A stretch of 64,000 nucleotides of DNA, taken from the sequence record PZ445517.1, one strand, 5' to 3'. This document shows positions 12,825 through 23,768 of the stretch, one piece after another; the first letter of the stretch is position 1, and the number at the start of each line of letters is the position of its first letter. The translations under genes and the position numbers were made by a program. The notes under the pieces were generated by a model that saw only the letters and a program-made list of their open reading frames with translations, did no database searches and was not told the DNA's origin. This DNA is from a phage.

Positions 12825-13955
12825 TTATGGATAGGTATAGATGATACCAGTTTCTAAAGCAGTTTTATGAATGATGTATCCATTACGCGATTCTTGAACA
12901 TCAACTTCTGGATAGTCTTTCATCATCTTCTGAAGAGTGTAACGATGCAAGTAGTACTTACTATCTGGATCGTCAGTTTTCCAATCTTTACCTTCTTCAG
13001 TCATTTTTTGGATTTCATCCATAACCCACCAACCGCACCAGATATAAGCTGAAGTACGATGTGGAAGAGGATGAACATAAGGCAATTCACCTTCTGGTTC
13101 CGGAGCAACTTTATCAGTCACTTGAACTTGACCTGTGGCTTTAACTGTTTTACTATCATAGTCAGTTGCTGTAACGACAGCAGTAACTTCAATAGTTTGA
13201 CTTCCAATAGATGAGGTATCAACAGTATATACGTTAGTTGACCCTTCCACAGGAGAAGAATCTTTCTTCCATGAGTAAGTAATTTGTGCTGCTTCAGGTG
13301 CGCCAGTAACATTAGCAGTAAATGTAGCCGAAGCATCTTGCTGAACATTAATAGAAGGAGGAGTCAATGTAACCTGTGGATTCATTGTCTTCTTATTAAC
13401 TGTCAATGATACTTCATTGGAAGTAACTTCCTTTTCATTATAATTTTCTGCAGTTACTTGAGCTACACACTTAATTTTTTTAACTCCGCTTGTAGTAGGA
13501 GTATAATTGAATGTAGCAGAAGTTGCTTCGCCCACAGGAGAACCGTCAACGTACCATTGATACGTAGCGGATGCGCCCGATGGCTGTGAAGCTAAGGCAG
13601 CAGTAAATTCAACGGCTGTTCCGATTACTCCTTCTGGAGGACTATTAGGAGTTACAGCTAAGGTAGTTGTCTGTGTCTTATTTTGAACTGTGATAGTTGT
13701 ACTAATTTCAGCTGTTTCAGCATCAGTATCTGGAACTGGGTTTGTTGCAACTACTTTAATAGTTTTTTGACCGGCAGGTCCTTTTAGTACATAACTAAAA
13801 GTTGCAGATGTTTCTTCCTGTGGAACATCATCTACAGTCCAAGCATATGTAATAGGTCCATCTCCAGTTTGACCACTGGGTGTAGCAGTAAACTGCTGAG
13901 TCTGATCTATAACTCCAGTAGGTGTTTTAGGAGTTATATCAACTGTAAAAGCCAT
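12825..13955 (-). CDS. hoc: highly immunogenic outer capsid protein Hoc (Ig-like domains)
   Basis: 376-aa ORF, T/S/V-rich repeated beta-strand modules, same length as T4 Hoc; upstream of inh. Confidence 0.9.
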   Translation of the reverse strand: MAFTVDITPKTPTGVIDQTQQFTATPSGQTGDGPITYAWTVDDVPQEETSATFSYVLKGPAGQKTIKVVATNPVPDTDAETAEISTTITVQNKTQTTTLAVTPNSPPEGVIGTAVEFTAALASQPSGASATYQWYVDGSPVGEATSATFNYTPTTSGVKKIKCVAQVTAENYNEKEVTSNEVSLTVNKKTMNPQVTLTPPSINVQQDASATFTANVTGAPEAAQITYSWKKDSSPVEGSTNVYTVDTSSIGSQTIEVTAVVTATDYDSKTVKATGQVQVTDKVAPEPEGELPYVHPLPHRTSAYIWCGWWVMDEIQKMTEEGKDWKTDDPDSKYYLHRYTLQKMMKDYPEVDVQESRNGYIIHKTALETGIIYTYP

Positions 13956-13964
13956 AAGTTATCC

Positions 13965-14645
13965 TTATTTTAATGTTACGAAAGAAGAATTACGTGTTTC
14001 ACGAATTAGAACTGATCCGTCACGATTAATGTAGTAAATTAAGCTAAATAAAGTTTGGTGTGCCGACGCGTGTTCAAAACTAGTTGGGTGAGATTTCCAA
14101 TCCGGAGTTTCAGCAATCCACTGGTAAATCCACCAAGGAACCGTGCAAAATCCTGGATTTTTTCCAATCAGCTGAAGATTCGGACTAAAGTTTTCCGGAA
14201 GAGTAAATACAGACGGCTTTTCAGATTCAATAATCTCAGCTACAGCCTGTTCGAATTTTTCTTCAACAAACGGAGTATCTTCAATTAAAACATCGGTATT
14301 TTCAGGAATTTTATCCGTTTCTACTACTTCAATTTTAATGTCAGATTTAACCGGAGAATCAATCAGAAGTGCTGCTTCTGGATTGACTTCTTCATCGTCA
14401 TATTTTAACCCTTCTGCAGCATCAGCAGCATCAATTAAGTCTTTAATAGATAACCCATCAGTCTCTGGCATAGGTTCACTAGCGAGCTTCTGGAGGGCTT
14501 CTTCAATATCAATAACGATATTATCAAAAGATTTATTCTTTTTGACCTTTATACCAAACTGTTCAGCATATTCAGCTAATTTAGCTTTAGCTTCTTTATT
14601 ATCATCAAGAGCCTTCAGCTCTGCAATATAATCTTTATCTATCAT
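13965..14645 (-). CDS. inh: inhibitor of prohead protease, Inh type
   Basis: 226-aa ORF in the position and with the length of T4 inh. Confidence 0.8.
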   Translation of the reverse strand: MIDKDYIAELKALDDNKEAKAKLAEYAEQFGIKVKKNKSFDNIVIDIEEALQKLASEPMPETDGLSIKDLIDAADAAEGLKYDDEEVNPEAALLIDSPVKSDIKIEVVETDKIPENTDVLIEDTPFVEEKFEQAVAEIIESEKPSVFTLPENFSPNLQLIGKNPGFCTVPWWIYQWIAETPDWKSHPTSFEHASAHQTLFSLIYYINRDGSVLIRETRNSSFVTLK

Positions 14646-14658
14646 AATATTTCCTCAG

Positions 14659-14666
14659 TATAAATA
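14659..14666 (+). promoter_or_regulatory. late promoter (TATAAATA) for uvsW
   Basis: Exact TATAAATA in the 50-nt inh/uvsW divergent spacer. Confidence 0.55.
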
Positions 14667-14695
14667 TAGATATATTTATTACATGGTATTTAGAC

Positions 14696-16207
14696 ATGAC
14701 TGACATTAAAGTACATTTTTATGATTTTAGTCACGTGAGAATTGATTGTGAAGAAAGTACATTTCATGAACTCCGTGATTTCTTTAGCTTTGAAGCTGAT
14801 GGGTATCGTTTTAATCCGAAATACAAATATGGTCACTGGGATGGACGAATCCGTCTTTTAGATTATAATCGCCTTCTTCCATTCGGCTTAGTCGGGCAAA
14901 TTAAAAAGTTCTGCGATAACTTTGGCTATAAAGCCTGGATTGACCCGCAAATTAACGAAAAAGAAGAATTATCAAGAAAAGATTTTGATGAATGGCTTTC
15001 TAAATTAGAAATCTATTCAGGAAATAAAAGAATTGAACCGCATTGGTATCAAAAAGATGCAGTGTTCGAAGGATTAGTTAATCGTCGCAGAATTCTTAAT
15101 CTTCCAACATCCGCAGGTAAATCTTTAATTCAAGCTTTGCTTGCACGTTATTATTTGGAAAATTATGAAGGTAAAATTCTTATCATTGTTCCAACAACTG
15201 CTCTGACAACTCAGATGGCTGATGACTTCGTTGACTATCGTTTATTCAGTCATGCAATGATAAAGAAAATCGGCGGCGGAGCATCAAAAGATGATAAATA
15301 TAAAAATGATGCACCGGTAATTGTTGGTACATGGCAAACTGTAGTAAAACAACCAAAAGAATGGTTTTCCCAATTTGGTATGATGATGAATGATGAATGC
15401 CATCTTGCTACAGGAAAAAGTATTTCATCTATCATATCAGGATTAAATAACTGTATGTTTAAATTTGGTCTATCAGGTTCATTACGTGATGGCAAAGCTA
15501 ATATCATGCAGTATGTTGGAATGTTTGGTGAAATATTTAAGCCAGTAACGACTTCTAAATTAATGGAAGATGGACAAGTAACTGAGCTAAAAATTAATAG
15601 TATTTTTCTTCGCTATCCAGATGAGTTCACTACTAAATTAAAGGGAAAAACTTATCAAGAAGAAATAAAAATTATTACTGGGCTTAGTAAAAGAAATAAA
15701 TGGATCGCTAAATTAGCTATTAAGCTTGCGCAAAAAGATGAAAACGCTTTTGTCATGTTTAAACATGTATCACATGGTAAAGCTATTTTCGATTTAATTA
15801 AAAATGAATACGATAAAGTTTATTACGTATCAGGGGAAGTTGATACCGAAACCCGCAATATAATGAAAACCTTAGCTGAAAATGGTAAAGGAATAATTAT
15901 AGTAGCTAGTTATGGTGTATTTTCTACTGGTATTTCAGTTAAAAATCTGCATCACGTTGTTTTAGCGCACGGTGTTAAATCAAAAATCATTGTATTACAA
16001 ACAATCGGTCGTGTATTACGTAAGCATGGTTCTAAGACAATAGCAACAGTCTGGGACCTCATAGATGATTGTGGTGTTAAGCCAAAATCTGCTAATACTA
16101 AAAAGAAATATGTTCATTTGAACTATCTTTTAAAACACGGCATTGATCGTATTCAGCGCTACGCAGATGAAAAATTTAATTACGTAATGAAAACAGTTAA
16201 TTTATAA
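14696..16207 (+). CDS. uvsW: UvsW SF2 helicase (recombination/repair)
   Basis: 503-aa ORF with Walker A (PTSAGKS) and DECH box (MMNDECHLA); late promoter upstream. Confidence 0.92.
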   Translation: MTDIKVHFYDFSHVRIDCEESTFHELRDFFSFEADGYRFNPKYKYGHWDGRIRLLDYNRLLPFGLVGQIKKFCDNFGYKAWIDPQINEKEELSRKDFDEWLSKLEIYSGNKRIEPHWYQKDAVFEGLVNRRRILNLPTSAGKSLIQALLARYYLENYEGKILIIVPTTALTTQMADDFVDYRLFSHAMIKKIGGGASKDDKYKNDAPVIVGTWQTVVKQPKEWFSQFGMMMNDECHLATGKSISSIISGLNNCMFKFGLSGSLRDGKANIMQYVGMFGEIFKPVTTSKLMEDGQVTELKINSIFLRYPDEFTTKLKGKTYQEEIKIITGLSKRNKWIAKLAIKLAQKDENAFVMFKHVSHGKAIFDLIKNEYDKVYYVSGEVDTETRNIMKTLAENGKGIIIVASYGVFSTGISVKNLHHVVLAHGVKSKIIVLQTIGRVLRKHGSKTIATVWDLIDDCGVKPKSANTKKKYVHLNYLLKHGIDRIQRYADEKFNYVMKTVNL

Positions 16208-16232
16208 GGGCTTCGGCCCTTTGGAGAAAAAG

Positions 16233-16463
16233 ATGTTACTAGAATTTAAACAATTTCTTTATGAAGCTTCTATTGATGAATTTATGGGTAAAATTGCCTC
16301 TTGTCAAACATTAGAAGGTTTAGAAGAACTTGAAGCTTATTATAAGAAAAGAGTTAAAGAAACTGAATTAAAAGATACTGATGACATCTCAGTCAGAGAT
16401 GCTTTGGCAGGAAAAAGAGCTGAATTAGAAGATTCAGACGATGAAGTAGAAGAAAGCTTTTAA
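16233..16463 (+). CDS. uvsW.1: UvsW.1 small acidic protein
   Basis: ORF track starts at a TTG (16221); the ATG at 16233 after a GGAGA site gives 76 aa, the length of T4 UvsW.1. Confidence 0.8.
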   Translation: MLLEFKQFLYEASIDEFMGKIASCQTLEGLEELEAYYKKRVKETELKDTDDISVRDALAGKRAELEDSDDEVEESF

Positions 16464-16518
16464 ATTAAAAAAGGCCCAACCAAAAAGGAAGGGCCAAAAC
16501 TATAGACTAAAGGTCACA

Positions 16519-16686
16519 CTATAGCAAAAGTTGTGTTTCATTTAATTGTTCTTCAGAACTTTCTGAAACTGGTAGTTCTTTAATGTAATTATAGCAAGGC
16601 CCAGGATGTACAGGACCTTTGTCTGTTTCAACAACCAATGCAGAATCGATTGGAGTTTTACAGACAACACAAATCTTATCTGACAT
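16519..16686 (-). CDS. hypothetical 55-aa cysteine-containing small protein (below ORF-track cutoff)
   Basis: Read by hand: MSDKICVVCKTPIDSALVVETDKGPVHPGPCYNYIKELPVSESSEEQLNETQLLL; ATG preceded by GAGGAG about 6 nt upstream; lies between uvsW.1 and the uvsY-proximal ORFs. Confidence 0.55.
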   Translation of the reverse strand: MSDKICVVCKTPIDSALVVETDKGPVHPGPCYNYIKELPVSESSEEQLNETQLLL

Positions 16687-16714
16687 GATTGTCTCCTCTA
16701 AATTATATATCTAT

Positions 16715-16939
16715 TTATATAACTCTCATATGCATATCAATACCCATATCTTTAGAATAAAAATATTCATCAAGATATCCGGCAAATTTTCCTTTAATAT
16801 AAAGTACATCTTCACCGCATGGGTGGTCGGCCAGGATACGAATATCCTGACGCTTGAGATTATACTTTTTCATTAAGAATTGAATTTCCGTTTCGAATTC
16901 TTCTTCATAATTAAAAGCATCATCAATGCTATATTTCAT
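16715..16939 (-). CDS. hypothetical small protein downstream of uvsY
   Basis: 74-aa ORF directly after uvsY, start/stop coupled to it. Confidence 0.65.
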   Translation of the reverse strand: MKYSIDDAFNYEEEFETEIQFLMKKYNLKRQDIRILADHPCGEDVLYIKGKFAGYLDEYFYSKDMGIDMHMRVI

Positions 16940-17352
16940 TATTTTCCAGCCTCAAATGCTCGCATGTCTTGAATGTGCTTAATAGCAAATCCACGTGATT
17001 TAATAGCATCAAGAGCTCCGCTACAGAAATCCAATAAAATCCCCCAATACTGTAACGAGGTATCAACCTTTAAAACATCCTTATCAGCTGATAGAACTGT
17101 TTTCATTTCTGATTTCTCGTAACGATCCATACTAAATTCATCACCATCTCCTCGTCCCGAGTAGTAGTCTAATCTAGCTTTAAGAGCAACTTTTTTCTGT
17201 GCATCAATTCTAAGCATTTCCTTTTTAATACTTGAATGCTTATTAAGCCATTTACTATATAACATCACATTATTAGCTGCTTCATACTGCAATTTAGTCG
17301 AATCTATAAACACATCTTTCTTCAATTCTTCTTGAAGATCTTCTAATCTCAT
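16939..17352 (-). CDS. uvsY: UvsY recombination mediator
   Basis: 137-aa ORF, same length as T4 UvsY; synteny between uvsW and gene 25. Confidence 0.9.
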   Translation of the reverse strand: MRLEDLQEELKKDVFIDSTKLQYEAANNVMLYSKWLNKHSSIKKEMLRIDAQKKVALKARLDYYSGRGDGDEFSMDRYEKSEMKTVLSADKDVLKVDTSLQYWGILLDFCSGALDAIKSRGFAIKHIQDMRAFEAGK

Positions 17353-17418
17353 ATTGTTCTCTATTCAATTGTTATTGGATGGACTTAGATTCATTATACC
17401 ACGTTTATACGTGAAGCA

Positions 17419-17817
17419 TTATACTCTATTACTGGAAGCCAGTTGCAGTTTTATCTGCTCAATATCATCAGGATTATCGATGACCGAAAAGCGTATTTCT
17501 ACTATCAGAGTATAATCATCATAAACCGGTATTACATTAACTGCTAATTTATCAATACGTGGCTCATAGTTTCTTACTGCGCTTTCGATGTTACGCTCAA
17601 CCGTATCAGCAGTAAGAGGAGTCATATTTTCAAAAAGCTGATCTGATAAATCACATCCAAATTCAGGGTCAAACGGTCTTGAACCTTTTCTTGTTGTAAT
17701 AATTCCCAAAAGACTGTTTTTAATTGACCTTAATCCAAGTGATCTGGAAACGTCTTTGTTCCAATCCATTTTCATTTCCGGGTCAATGTCAGAATAAAGC
17801 TTATTAATATTTGACAT
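17419..17817 (-). CDS. 25: baseplate wedge protein gp25 (lysozyme-like fold)
   Basis: 132-aa ORF; length and synteny with gene 26. Confidence 0.9.
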   Translation of the reverse strand: MSNINKLYSDIDPEMKMDWNKDVSRSLGLRSIKNSLLGIITTRKGSRPFDPEFGCDLSDQLFENMTPLTADTVERNIESAVRNYEPRIDKLAVNVIPVYDDYTLIVEIRFSVIDNPDDIEQIKLQLASSNRV

Positions 17818-18443
17818 TATAGTAACTCAAAGAACTCTTTGAGGCCTCTTATTACGTGAGCATGGGTTTTTCCACACTCTGGACACTTAATTGGAACAGC
17901 CAAATAAACAGTAGGCTTTAAAAGCATATCTTTTATAGCTACAATATCTGACTCTGTGATGATAGAATATAAATCTTCCAGTTCTTTTTCATTTAAGTCT
18001 TCAACTGGAATGCTTTCCCCGTTAGCATGAATCGTTTCTATACATGATACTATCATGTGGGCTATATTTTTATCATCAAAAATTTTAGGGTATCGGAATT
18101 TAATTTTAATGTCACCCAGTGTATACCAGAGGTCTTCTGGTGCATCTATTTGTGTATGTAATAGATTTATATGGGTTGGTATTTCAGTTCCACAGGTGCA
18201 CTTCCAGGAGTTTTCGTGATTAACTTCACCGAGAGAATGTGCCCATAAATGAATCAACAATAGTTCTGATTCTTGGCGGTTTAAATCTTTTGCATTTGTG
18301 CAGTCTTTGATTAGCTTTTTAACAATTACTTCTACGGAACCATTATTTTTGGCAGTAATAAGTTCTAGATATTCTTTAAGCGTGAATGCGCGACAATTGA
18401 TTATTTTAGAACCAACTCTCACATCAAATTTGTATTCATACAT
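17817..18443 (-). CDS. 26: baseplate hub protein gp26
   Basis: 208-aa ORF; divergent late promoter pair shared with gene 51. Confidence 0.88.
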   Translation of the reverse strand: MYEYKFDVRVGSKIINCRAFTLKEYLELITAKNNGSVEVIVKKLIKDCTNAKDLNRQESELLLIHLWAHSLGEVNHENSWKCTCGTEIPTHINLLHTQIDAPEDLWYTLGDIKIKFRYPKIFDDKNIAHMIVSCIETIHANGESIPVEDLNEKELEDLYSIITESDIVAIKDMLLKPTVYLAVPIKCPECGKTHAHVIRGLKEFFELL

Positions 18444-18464
18444 ATTTAGCTCCTTTATTTATCA

Positions 18465-18472
18465 TATTTATA
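18465..18472 (-). promoter_or_regulatory. late promoter (TATAAATA on minus strand) for genes 26-25
   Basis: Minus-strand TATAAATA overlapping the plus-strand one by 4 nt. Confidence 0.6.
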
Positions 18473-18476
18473 AATA
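18469..18476 (+). promoter_or_regulatory. late promoter (TATAAATA) for gene 51
   Basis: Part of the palindrome ATATTTATAAATAG in the 26/51 divergent spacer. Confidence 0.6.
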
Positions 18477-18493
18477 GAATAAAAGGAGCATCT

Positions 18494-19243
18494 ATGGCAA
18501 ACATTATTCGTTGTAAATTACCAGATGGTGTTCATCGTTTTAAACCATTTACGGTAGAAGATTATCGAGATTTTTTGTTAGTTCGAAACGATATAGAACA
18601 TCGGTCACCGCAAGAACAAAAAGAAATAATTACTGATTTAATTGATGATTATTTTGGAGACTATCCGAAGACTTGGCAACCATTTATATTTTTGCAGGTA
18701 TTTGTAGGGTCGATAGGTAAAACTAAAGTACCGGTCACATTTGTATGTCCAAAATGTAAAAAAGAAAAGACAGTTCCATTTGAAATATACCAAAAAGAAT
18801 TAAAGGAACCTGTTTTTGATGTAGCTAATGTTAAAATTAAATTAAAGTTTCCTTCTGAGTTTTATGAAAATAAAGCAAAGATGATTACTGAAAATATTCA
18901 TTCTGTCCAAGTAGATGAAATATGGTATGATTGGAAGGAAATTAGTGAATCAAGCCAAATAGAACTTGTTGATGCCATCGAGATAGAAACATTAGAAAAA
19001 ATTCTCGATGCAATGAATCCTATTAATTTAACTCTACATATGTCATGCTGTAATAAGTACATTAAAAAATACACTGATATAGTAGACGTGTTTAAGCTAT
19101 TAGTTAACCCAGATGAGATATTTACTTTTTATCAAATTAATCACACACTCATAAAAAGTAATTATAGCTTAAATTCAATAATGAAAATGATTCCTGCCGA
19201 GCGCGGATTCGTATTAAAACTGATTGAGAAGGATAAACAATAA
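18494..19243 (+). CDS. 51: baseplate hub assembly catalyst gp51
   Basis: 249-aa ORF; late promoter upstream; synteny. Confidence 0.88.
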   Translation: MANIIRCKLPDGVHRFKPFTVEDYRDFLLVRNDIEHRSPQEQKEIITDLIDDYFGDYPKTWQPFIFLQVFVGSIGKTKVPVTFVCPKCKKEKTVPFEIYQKELKEPVFDVANVKIKLKFPSEFYENKAKMITENIHSVQVDEIWYDWKEISESSQIELVDAIEIETLEKILDAMNPINLTLHMSCCNKYIKKYTDIVDVFKLLVNPDEIFTFYQINHTLIKSNYSLNSIMKMIPAERGFVLKLIEKDKQ

Positions 19244-20415
19244 TGAGTATGTTGCAACGCCCCGGATATCCAAATCTCAGCGTTAAATTATTTGATAGCT
19301 ACGACGCTTGGAGTAATAATAGATTTGTTGAATTAGCTGCTACTATTACCACATTAACTATGCGGGATTCTCTTTATGGCCGAAATGAAGGAATGTTGCA
19401 GTTTTATGATTCTAAAAACATCCATACAAAAATGGATGGAAATGAAATAATTCAGATTTCTGTAGCTAATGCAAATGATATTAATAATGTTAAAACACGA
19501 ATTTATGGATGTAAGCATTTTTCCGTGTCAGTAGATTCAAAAGGTGATAACATCATTGCTATTGAATTGGGAACTATTCATTCTATAGAAAATCTTAAAT
19601 TTGGTAGACCATTTTTCCCTGATGCGGGTGAATCAATAAAAGAAATGCTTGGTGTCATTTATCAAGACCGTACACTATTAACTCCAGCAATAAATGCTAT
19701 AAATGCTTATGTTCCTGATATTCCATGGACTAGCACATTTGAAAACTATTTGTCATATGTAAGAGAAGTTGCTCTAGCTGTAGGAAGTGACAAATTTGTA
19801 TTTGTGTGGCAAGACATCATGGGAGTTAACATGATGGACTATGATATGATGATAAACCAAGAACCATATCCAATGATTGTCGGCGAGCCATCTTTAATAG
19901 GTCAATTCATCCAAGAATTAAAATACCCATTAGCATATGATTTCGTTTGGTTGACTAAATCGAATCCTCACAAACGTGACCCAATGAAAAATGCTACTAT
20001 CTATGCTCATTCATTTTTAGATTCTTCATTGCCAATGATTACTACGGGAAAGGGCGAAAACTCTATTGTAGTGTCAAGGTCAGGTGCTTATTCTGAAATG
20101 ACTTATAGGAATGGTTATGAAGAAGCTATTCGTCTTCAAACTATGGCACAATATGACGGCTATGCTAAATGTTCTACTGTTGGTAATTTTAACTTGACTC
20201 CTGGTGTTAAAATTATTTTTAATGATAGTAAAAACCAATTTAAAACAGAATTTTACGTTGATGAAGTTATCCATGAATTATCCAATAATAACTCAGTAAC
20301 TCATCTATATATGTTCACTAATGCAACGAAACTGGAAACAATAGACCCAGTTAAGGTTAAAAATGAATTTAAATCTGATACTACCACTGAAGAAAGTAGT
20401 TCTTCCAATAAGTAA
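19243..20415 (+). CDS. 27: baseplate hub protein gp27
   Basis: 390-aa ORF; synteny 51-27-28-29. Confidence 0.9.
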   Translation: MSMLQRPGYPNLSVKLFDSYDAWSNNRFVELAATITTLTMRDSLYGRNEGMLQFYDSKNIHTKMDGNEIIQISVANANDINNVKTRIYGCKHFSVSVDSKGDNIIAIELGTIHSIENLKFGRPFFPDAGESIKEMLGVIYQDRTLLTPAINAINAYVPDIPWTSTFENYLSYVREVALAVGSDKFVFVWQDIMGVNMMDYDMMINQEPYPMIVGEPSLIGQFIQELKYPLAYDFVWLTKSNPHKRDPMKNATIYAHSFLDSSLPMITTGKGENSIVVSRSGAYSEMTYRNGYEEAIRLQTMAQYDGYAKCSTVGNFNLTPGVKIIFNDSKNQFKTEFYVDEVIHELSNNNSVTHLYMFTNATKLETIDPVKVKNEFKSDTTTEESSSSNK

Positions 20416-20896
20416 TAAAGAAGTTTCTATTCCTAAAATGGGTCTTAAACATTATAACATTTTAAAAGATGTTAAAGGCCCTGATGAAAATTTAAAACTT
20501 CTTATTGATTCTATTTGTCCGAATTTGTCACCAGCAGAAGTTGATTTCGTTTCTATTCATTTATTGGAATTTAATGGAAAGATTAAATCTCGTAAAGAAA
20601 TAGATGGTTATACTTATGACATTAATGATGTTTATGTGTGCCAAAGATTAGAATTTCAATACCAAGGAAATACATTTTATTTTAGACCTCCTGGAAAATT
20701 TGAACAATTTTTAACGGTGAGCGATATGTTATCTAAATGCTTACTTAAGGTCAACGATGAAGTTAAAGAAATTAATTTTCTTGAGATGCCAGCATTCGTT
20801 TTAAAATGGGCAAATGATATTTTTACAACTTTAGCAATTCCTGGCCCTAATGGTCCAATAACTGGAATTGGCAATATTATTGGATTATTTGAATGA
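20363..20896 (+). CDS. 28: baseplate hub distal subunit gp28
   Basis: 177-aa ORF overlapping the end of gene 27 in another frame, as in T4. Confidence 0.85.
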   Translation: MNLNLILPLKKVVLPISNKEVSIPKMGLKHYNILKDVKGPDENLKLLIDSICPNLSPAEVDFVSIHLLEFNGKIKSRKEIDGYTYDINDVYVCQRLEFQYQGNTFYFRPPGKFEQFLTVSDMLSKCLLKVNDEVKEINFLEMPAFVLKWANDIFTTLAIPGPNGPITGIGNIIGLFE

Positions 20897-22665
20897 AAAA
20901 GCCACAAGAAATGCAAACGATGCGTAGAAAAGTTATTTCAGATAATAAACCAACACAGGAAGCGGCTAAATCCGCTTCTAACACTTTATCTGGACTTAAT
21001 GATATATCTACGAAATTGGATGATGCTCAAGCTGCTTCTGAATTAATAGCTCAAACTGTCGAAGAAAAATCGAATGAAATAGTTGGAGCAATTGGTAACG
21101 TAGAAAGCGCAGTGAGTGATACTACTGCCGGTTCTGAGTTAATTGCTGAAACTGTCGAAATTGGCAACAATATTAATAAAGAAATCGGTGAATCACTCGG
21201 GAGCAAATTAGATAAATTAACAAGTTTACTAGAGCAAAAAATTCAGACAGCCGGAATTCAACAAACAGGAACTAGTTTAGCTACGGTTGAAAGCGCTATT
21301 CCTGTTAAAGTTGTTGAGGACGATACAGCTGAATCTGTGGGTCCTTTATTACCGGCTCCTGAAGCAGTTAATAATGATCCTGATGCTGATTTTTTCCCTA
21401 CCCCTCAGCCAGTTGAACCCAAACAAGAATCGCCAGAAGAAAAACAGAAAAAAGACGCATTTAACTTAAAATTATCTCAAGCTTTAGATAAATTAACAAA
21501 GACTGTTGATTTTGGATTTAAGAAATCCATTTCAATTACTGATAAAATATCAAGCATGTTATTTAAGTACACCGTCAGTGCTGCTATTGAAGCTGCTAAA
21601 ATGACTGCAATGATATTGGCTGTTGTTGTTGGAATAGATCTGCTGATGGTTCACTTTAAATATTGGTCAGATAAATTTTCAAAAGCCTGGGATTTATTTA
21701 ATACTGACTTTACTAAATTCTCTAGCGAAACCGGAACTTGGGGTCCTTTATTACAGAGCATCTTTGATTCTATTGATAGAATTAAACAACTTTGGGAAGC
21801 GGGAGATTGGGGTGGATTGACAGCAGCTATCGTAGAAGGACTCGGAAGTGTTCTTTTTAATTTAGGTGAACTTATTCAATTAGGTATGGCTAAATTATCT
21901 GCAGCAATTCTTCGAGTCATTCCTGGTATGAAGGATACTGCTGATGAAGTAGAAGGAAGAGCATTAGAAAATTTCCAAAATTCTACTGGAGCATCTCTCA
22001 ATAAAGAAGACCAGGAAAAAGTTGCAAATTATCAAGATAAACGAATGAATGGAGACCTTGGTCCGATAGCAAAAGGATTAGATAAAATTGCTAATTGGAA
22101 AACTCGTGCATCTAATTGGATTCGTGGGGTTGATAATAAAGAAGCACTAACTACCGACGAAGAACGTGCAGCAGAAGAAGAAAAATTAAAGCAACTTTCA
22201 CCTGAAGAAAGAAAAAATGCTTTAATGAAGGCTAATGAAGCCCGTGCCGCAATAATTCGCTTTGAAAAATATGCTGATACAGCTGATATGAGTAAAGACT
22301 CAACGGTTAAATCAGTTGAAGCTGCCTATGAAGACCTTAAAAAACGGATGGATGACCCGGATTTAAATAATTCACCGGCAGTTAAAAAAGAACTTGCTGC
22401 TAGATTTTCTAAAATTGATGCTACTTATCAAGAGCTCAAGAAAAATCAGCCTAATGCCAAACCTGAAACTTCTGCTAAATCACCAGAAGCAAAACAAGTC
22501 CAGGTAATAGAAAAGAATAAAGCACAGCAAGCTCCTGTTCAACAAGCATCTCCTTCGATCAATAATACTAATAATGTTATTAAGAAAAATACTGTCGTTC
22601 ATAATATGACACCCGTAACGAGCACGACTGCTCCTGGTGTATTTGATGCGACTGGAGTTAATTAA
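20893..22665 (+). CDS. 29: tail length tape-measure / baseplate hub protein gp29
   Basis: 590-aa ORF; extended helical low-complexity protein with a hydrophobic segment; synteny. Confidence 0.9.
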   Translation: MKKPQEMQTMRRKVISDNKPTQEAAKSASNTLSGLNDISTKLDDAQAASELIAQTVEEKSNEIVGAIGNVESAVSDTTAGSELIAETVEIGNNINKEIGESLGSKLDKLTSLLEQKIQTAGIQQTGTSLATVESAIPVKVVEDDTAESVGPLLPAPEAVNNDPDADFFPTPQPVEPKQESPEEKQKKDAFNLKLSQALDKLTKTVDFGFKKSISITDKISSMLFKYTVSAAIEAAKMTAMILAVVVGIDLLMVHFKYWSDKFSKAWDLFNTDFTKFSSETGTWGPLLQSIFDSIDRIKQLWEAGDWGGLTAAIVEGLGSVLFNLGELIQLGMAKLSAAILRVIPGMKDTADEVEGRALENFQNSTGASLNKEDQEKVANYQDKRMNGDLGPIAKGLDKIANWKTRASNWIRGVDNKEALTTDEERAAEEEKLKQLSPEERKNALMKANEARAAIIRFEKYADTADMSKDSTVKSVEAAYEDLKKRMDDPDLNNSPAVKKELAARFSKIDATYQELKKNQPNAKPETSAKSPEAKQVQVIEKNKAQQAPVQQASPSINNTNNVIKKNTVVHNMTPVTSTTAPGVFDATGVN

Positions 22666-22673
22666 GGAATAAT

Positions 22674-23768
22674 ATGGCAATTGTTAAAGAAATAACTGCT
22701 GATTTAATTAAAAAGTCCGGTGAGAAAATTTCAGCCGGACAGAGTACTAAATCAGAAGTAGGAACTAAAACATACACAGCCCAGTTTCCAACTGGGCGTG
22801 CTAGTGGTAATGACACTACAGGGGACTTCCAGGTAACAGATCTGTATAAGAATGGATTATTATTTACTGCATACAATATGTCATCTAGGGATTCTGGAAG
22901 TCTTAGATCGATGAGATCTAACTACTCTTCTTCATCTTCGAGTATTTTACGTACAGCCAGAAACACTATTAGTAGTACAGTATCAAAACTATCAAATGGA
23001 TTAATATCAAATAATAATTCAGGAACAATAAGTAAAGCTCCTATCGCAAACATTCTTTTACCGAGATCTAAATCTGATGTTGATACATCATCACATAGAT
23101 TTAATGATGTTCAAGAAAGCCTTATCAGTAGAGGCGGAGGTACTGCTACTGGAGTGCTAAGTAATATTGCTTCAACCGCAGTATTTGGGGCACTGGAAAG
23201 TATAACACAAGGTATAATGGCTGATAATAATGAACAGATTTATACGACAGCCAGAAGTATGTATGGTGGTGCTGAAAATAGAACTAAAGTGTTTACATGG
23301 GATTTGACTCCACGTTCAACAGAAGATTTAATGGCTATTATTAATATCTATCAATATTTTAACTATTTTTCTTACGGTGAAACGGGTAAATCTCAATATG
23401 CTGCTGAAATAAAGGGGTATTTAGATGATTGGTATCGTTCTACGTTAATTGAACCTTTATCTCCGGAAGACGCAGCTAAAAATAAAACACTATTTGAGAA
23501 AATGACATCGAGTTTAACTAACGTTCTAGTAGTTTCAAACCCGACAATTTGGATGGTGAAAAACTTTGGTGCAACATCTAAGTTTGATGGAAAAACGGAA
23601 ATATTTGGCCCATGTCAAATCCAGAGTATCAGATTTGACAAAACACCTAATGGTAACTTTAACGGATTAGCTATTGCTCCAAACCTCCCTAGTACATTTA
23701 CTCTCGAGATTACTATGAGAGAAATTATCACGTTAAACCGTGCTTCTTTATATGCGGGGACTTTTTAA
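22674..23768 (+). CDS. 48: baseplate-tail tube junction protein gp48
   Basis: 364-aa ORF; synteny. Confidence 0.9.
   Translation: MAIVKEITADLIKKSGEKISAGQSTKSEVGTKTYTAQFPTGRASGNDTTGDFQVTDLYKNGLLFTAYNMSSRDSGSLRSMRSNYSSSSSSILRTARNTISSTVSKLSNGLISNNNSGTISKAPIANILLPRSKSDVDTSSHRFNDVQESLISRGGGTATGVLSNIASTAVFGALESITQGIMADNNEQIYTTARSMYGGAENRTKVFTWDLTPRSTEDLMAIINIYQYFNYFSYGETGKSQYAAEIKGYLDDWYRSTLIEPLSPEDAAKNKTLFEKMTSSLTNVLVVSNPTIWMVKNFGATSKFDGKTEIFGPCQIQSIRFDKTPNGNFNGLAIAPNLPSTFTLEITMREIITLNRASLYAGTF

Noticed and set aside
16473-16495. Possible hairpin GGCCC-(13 nt)-GGGCC after uvsW.1
   Set aside because: Large A-rich loop and no U-tract; too weak to call a terminator.
16619-16876. 85-aa plus-strand ORF in the uvsW.1-uvsY interval
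   Set aside because: Overlaps two minus-strand ORFs that have ribosome-binding sites and fit the operon direction; AT-rich low-complexity translation.
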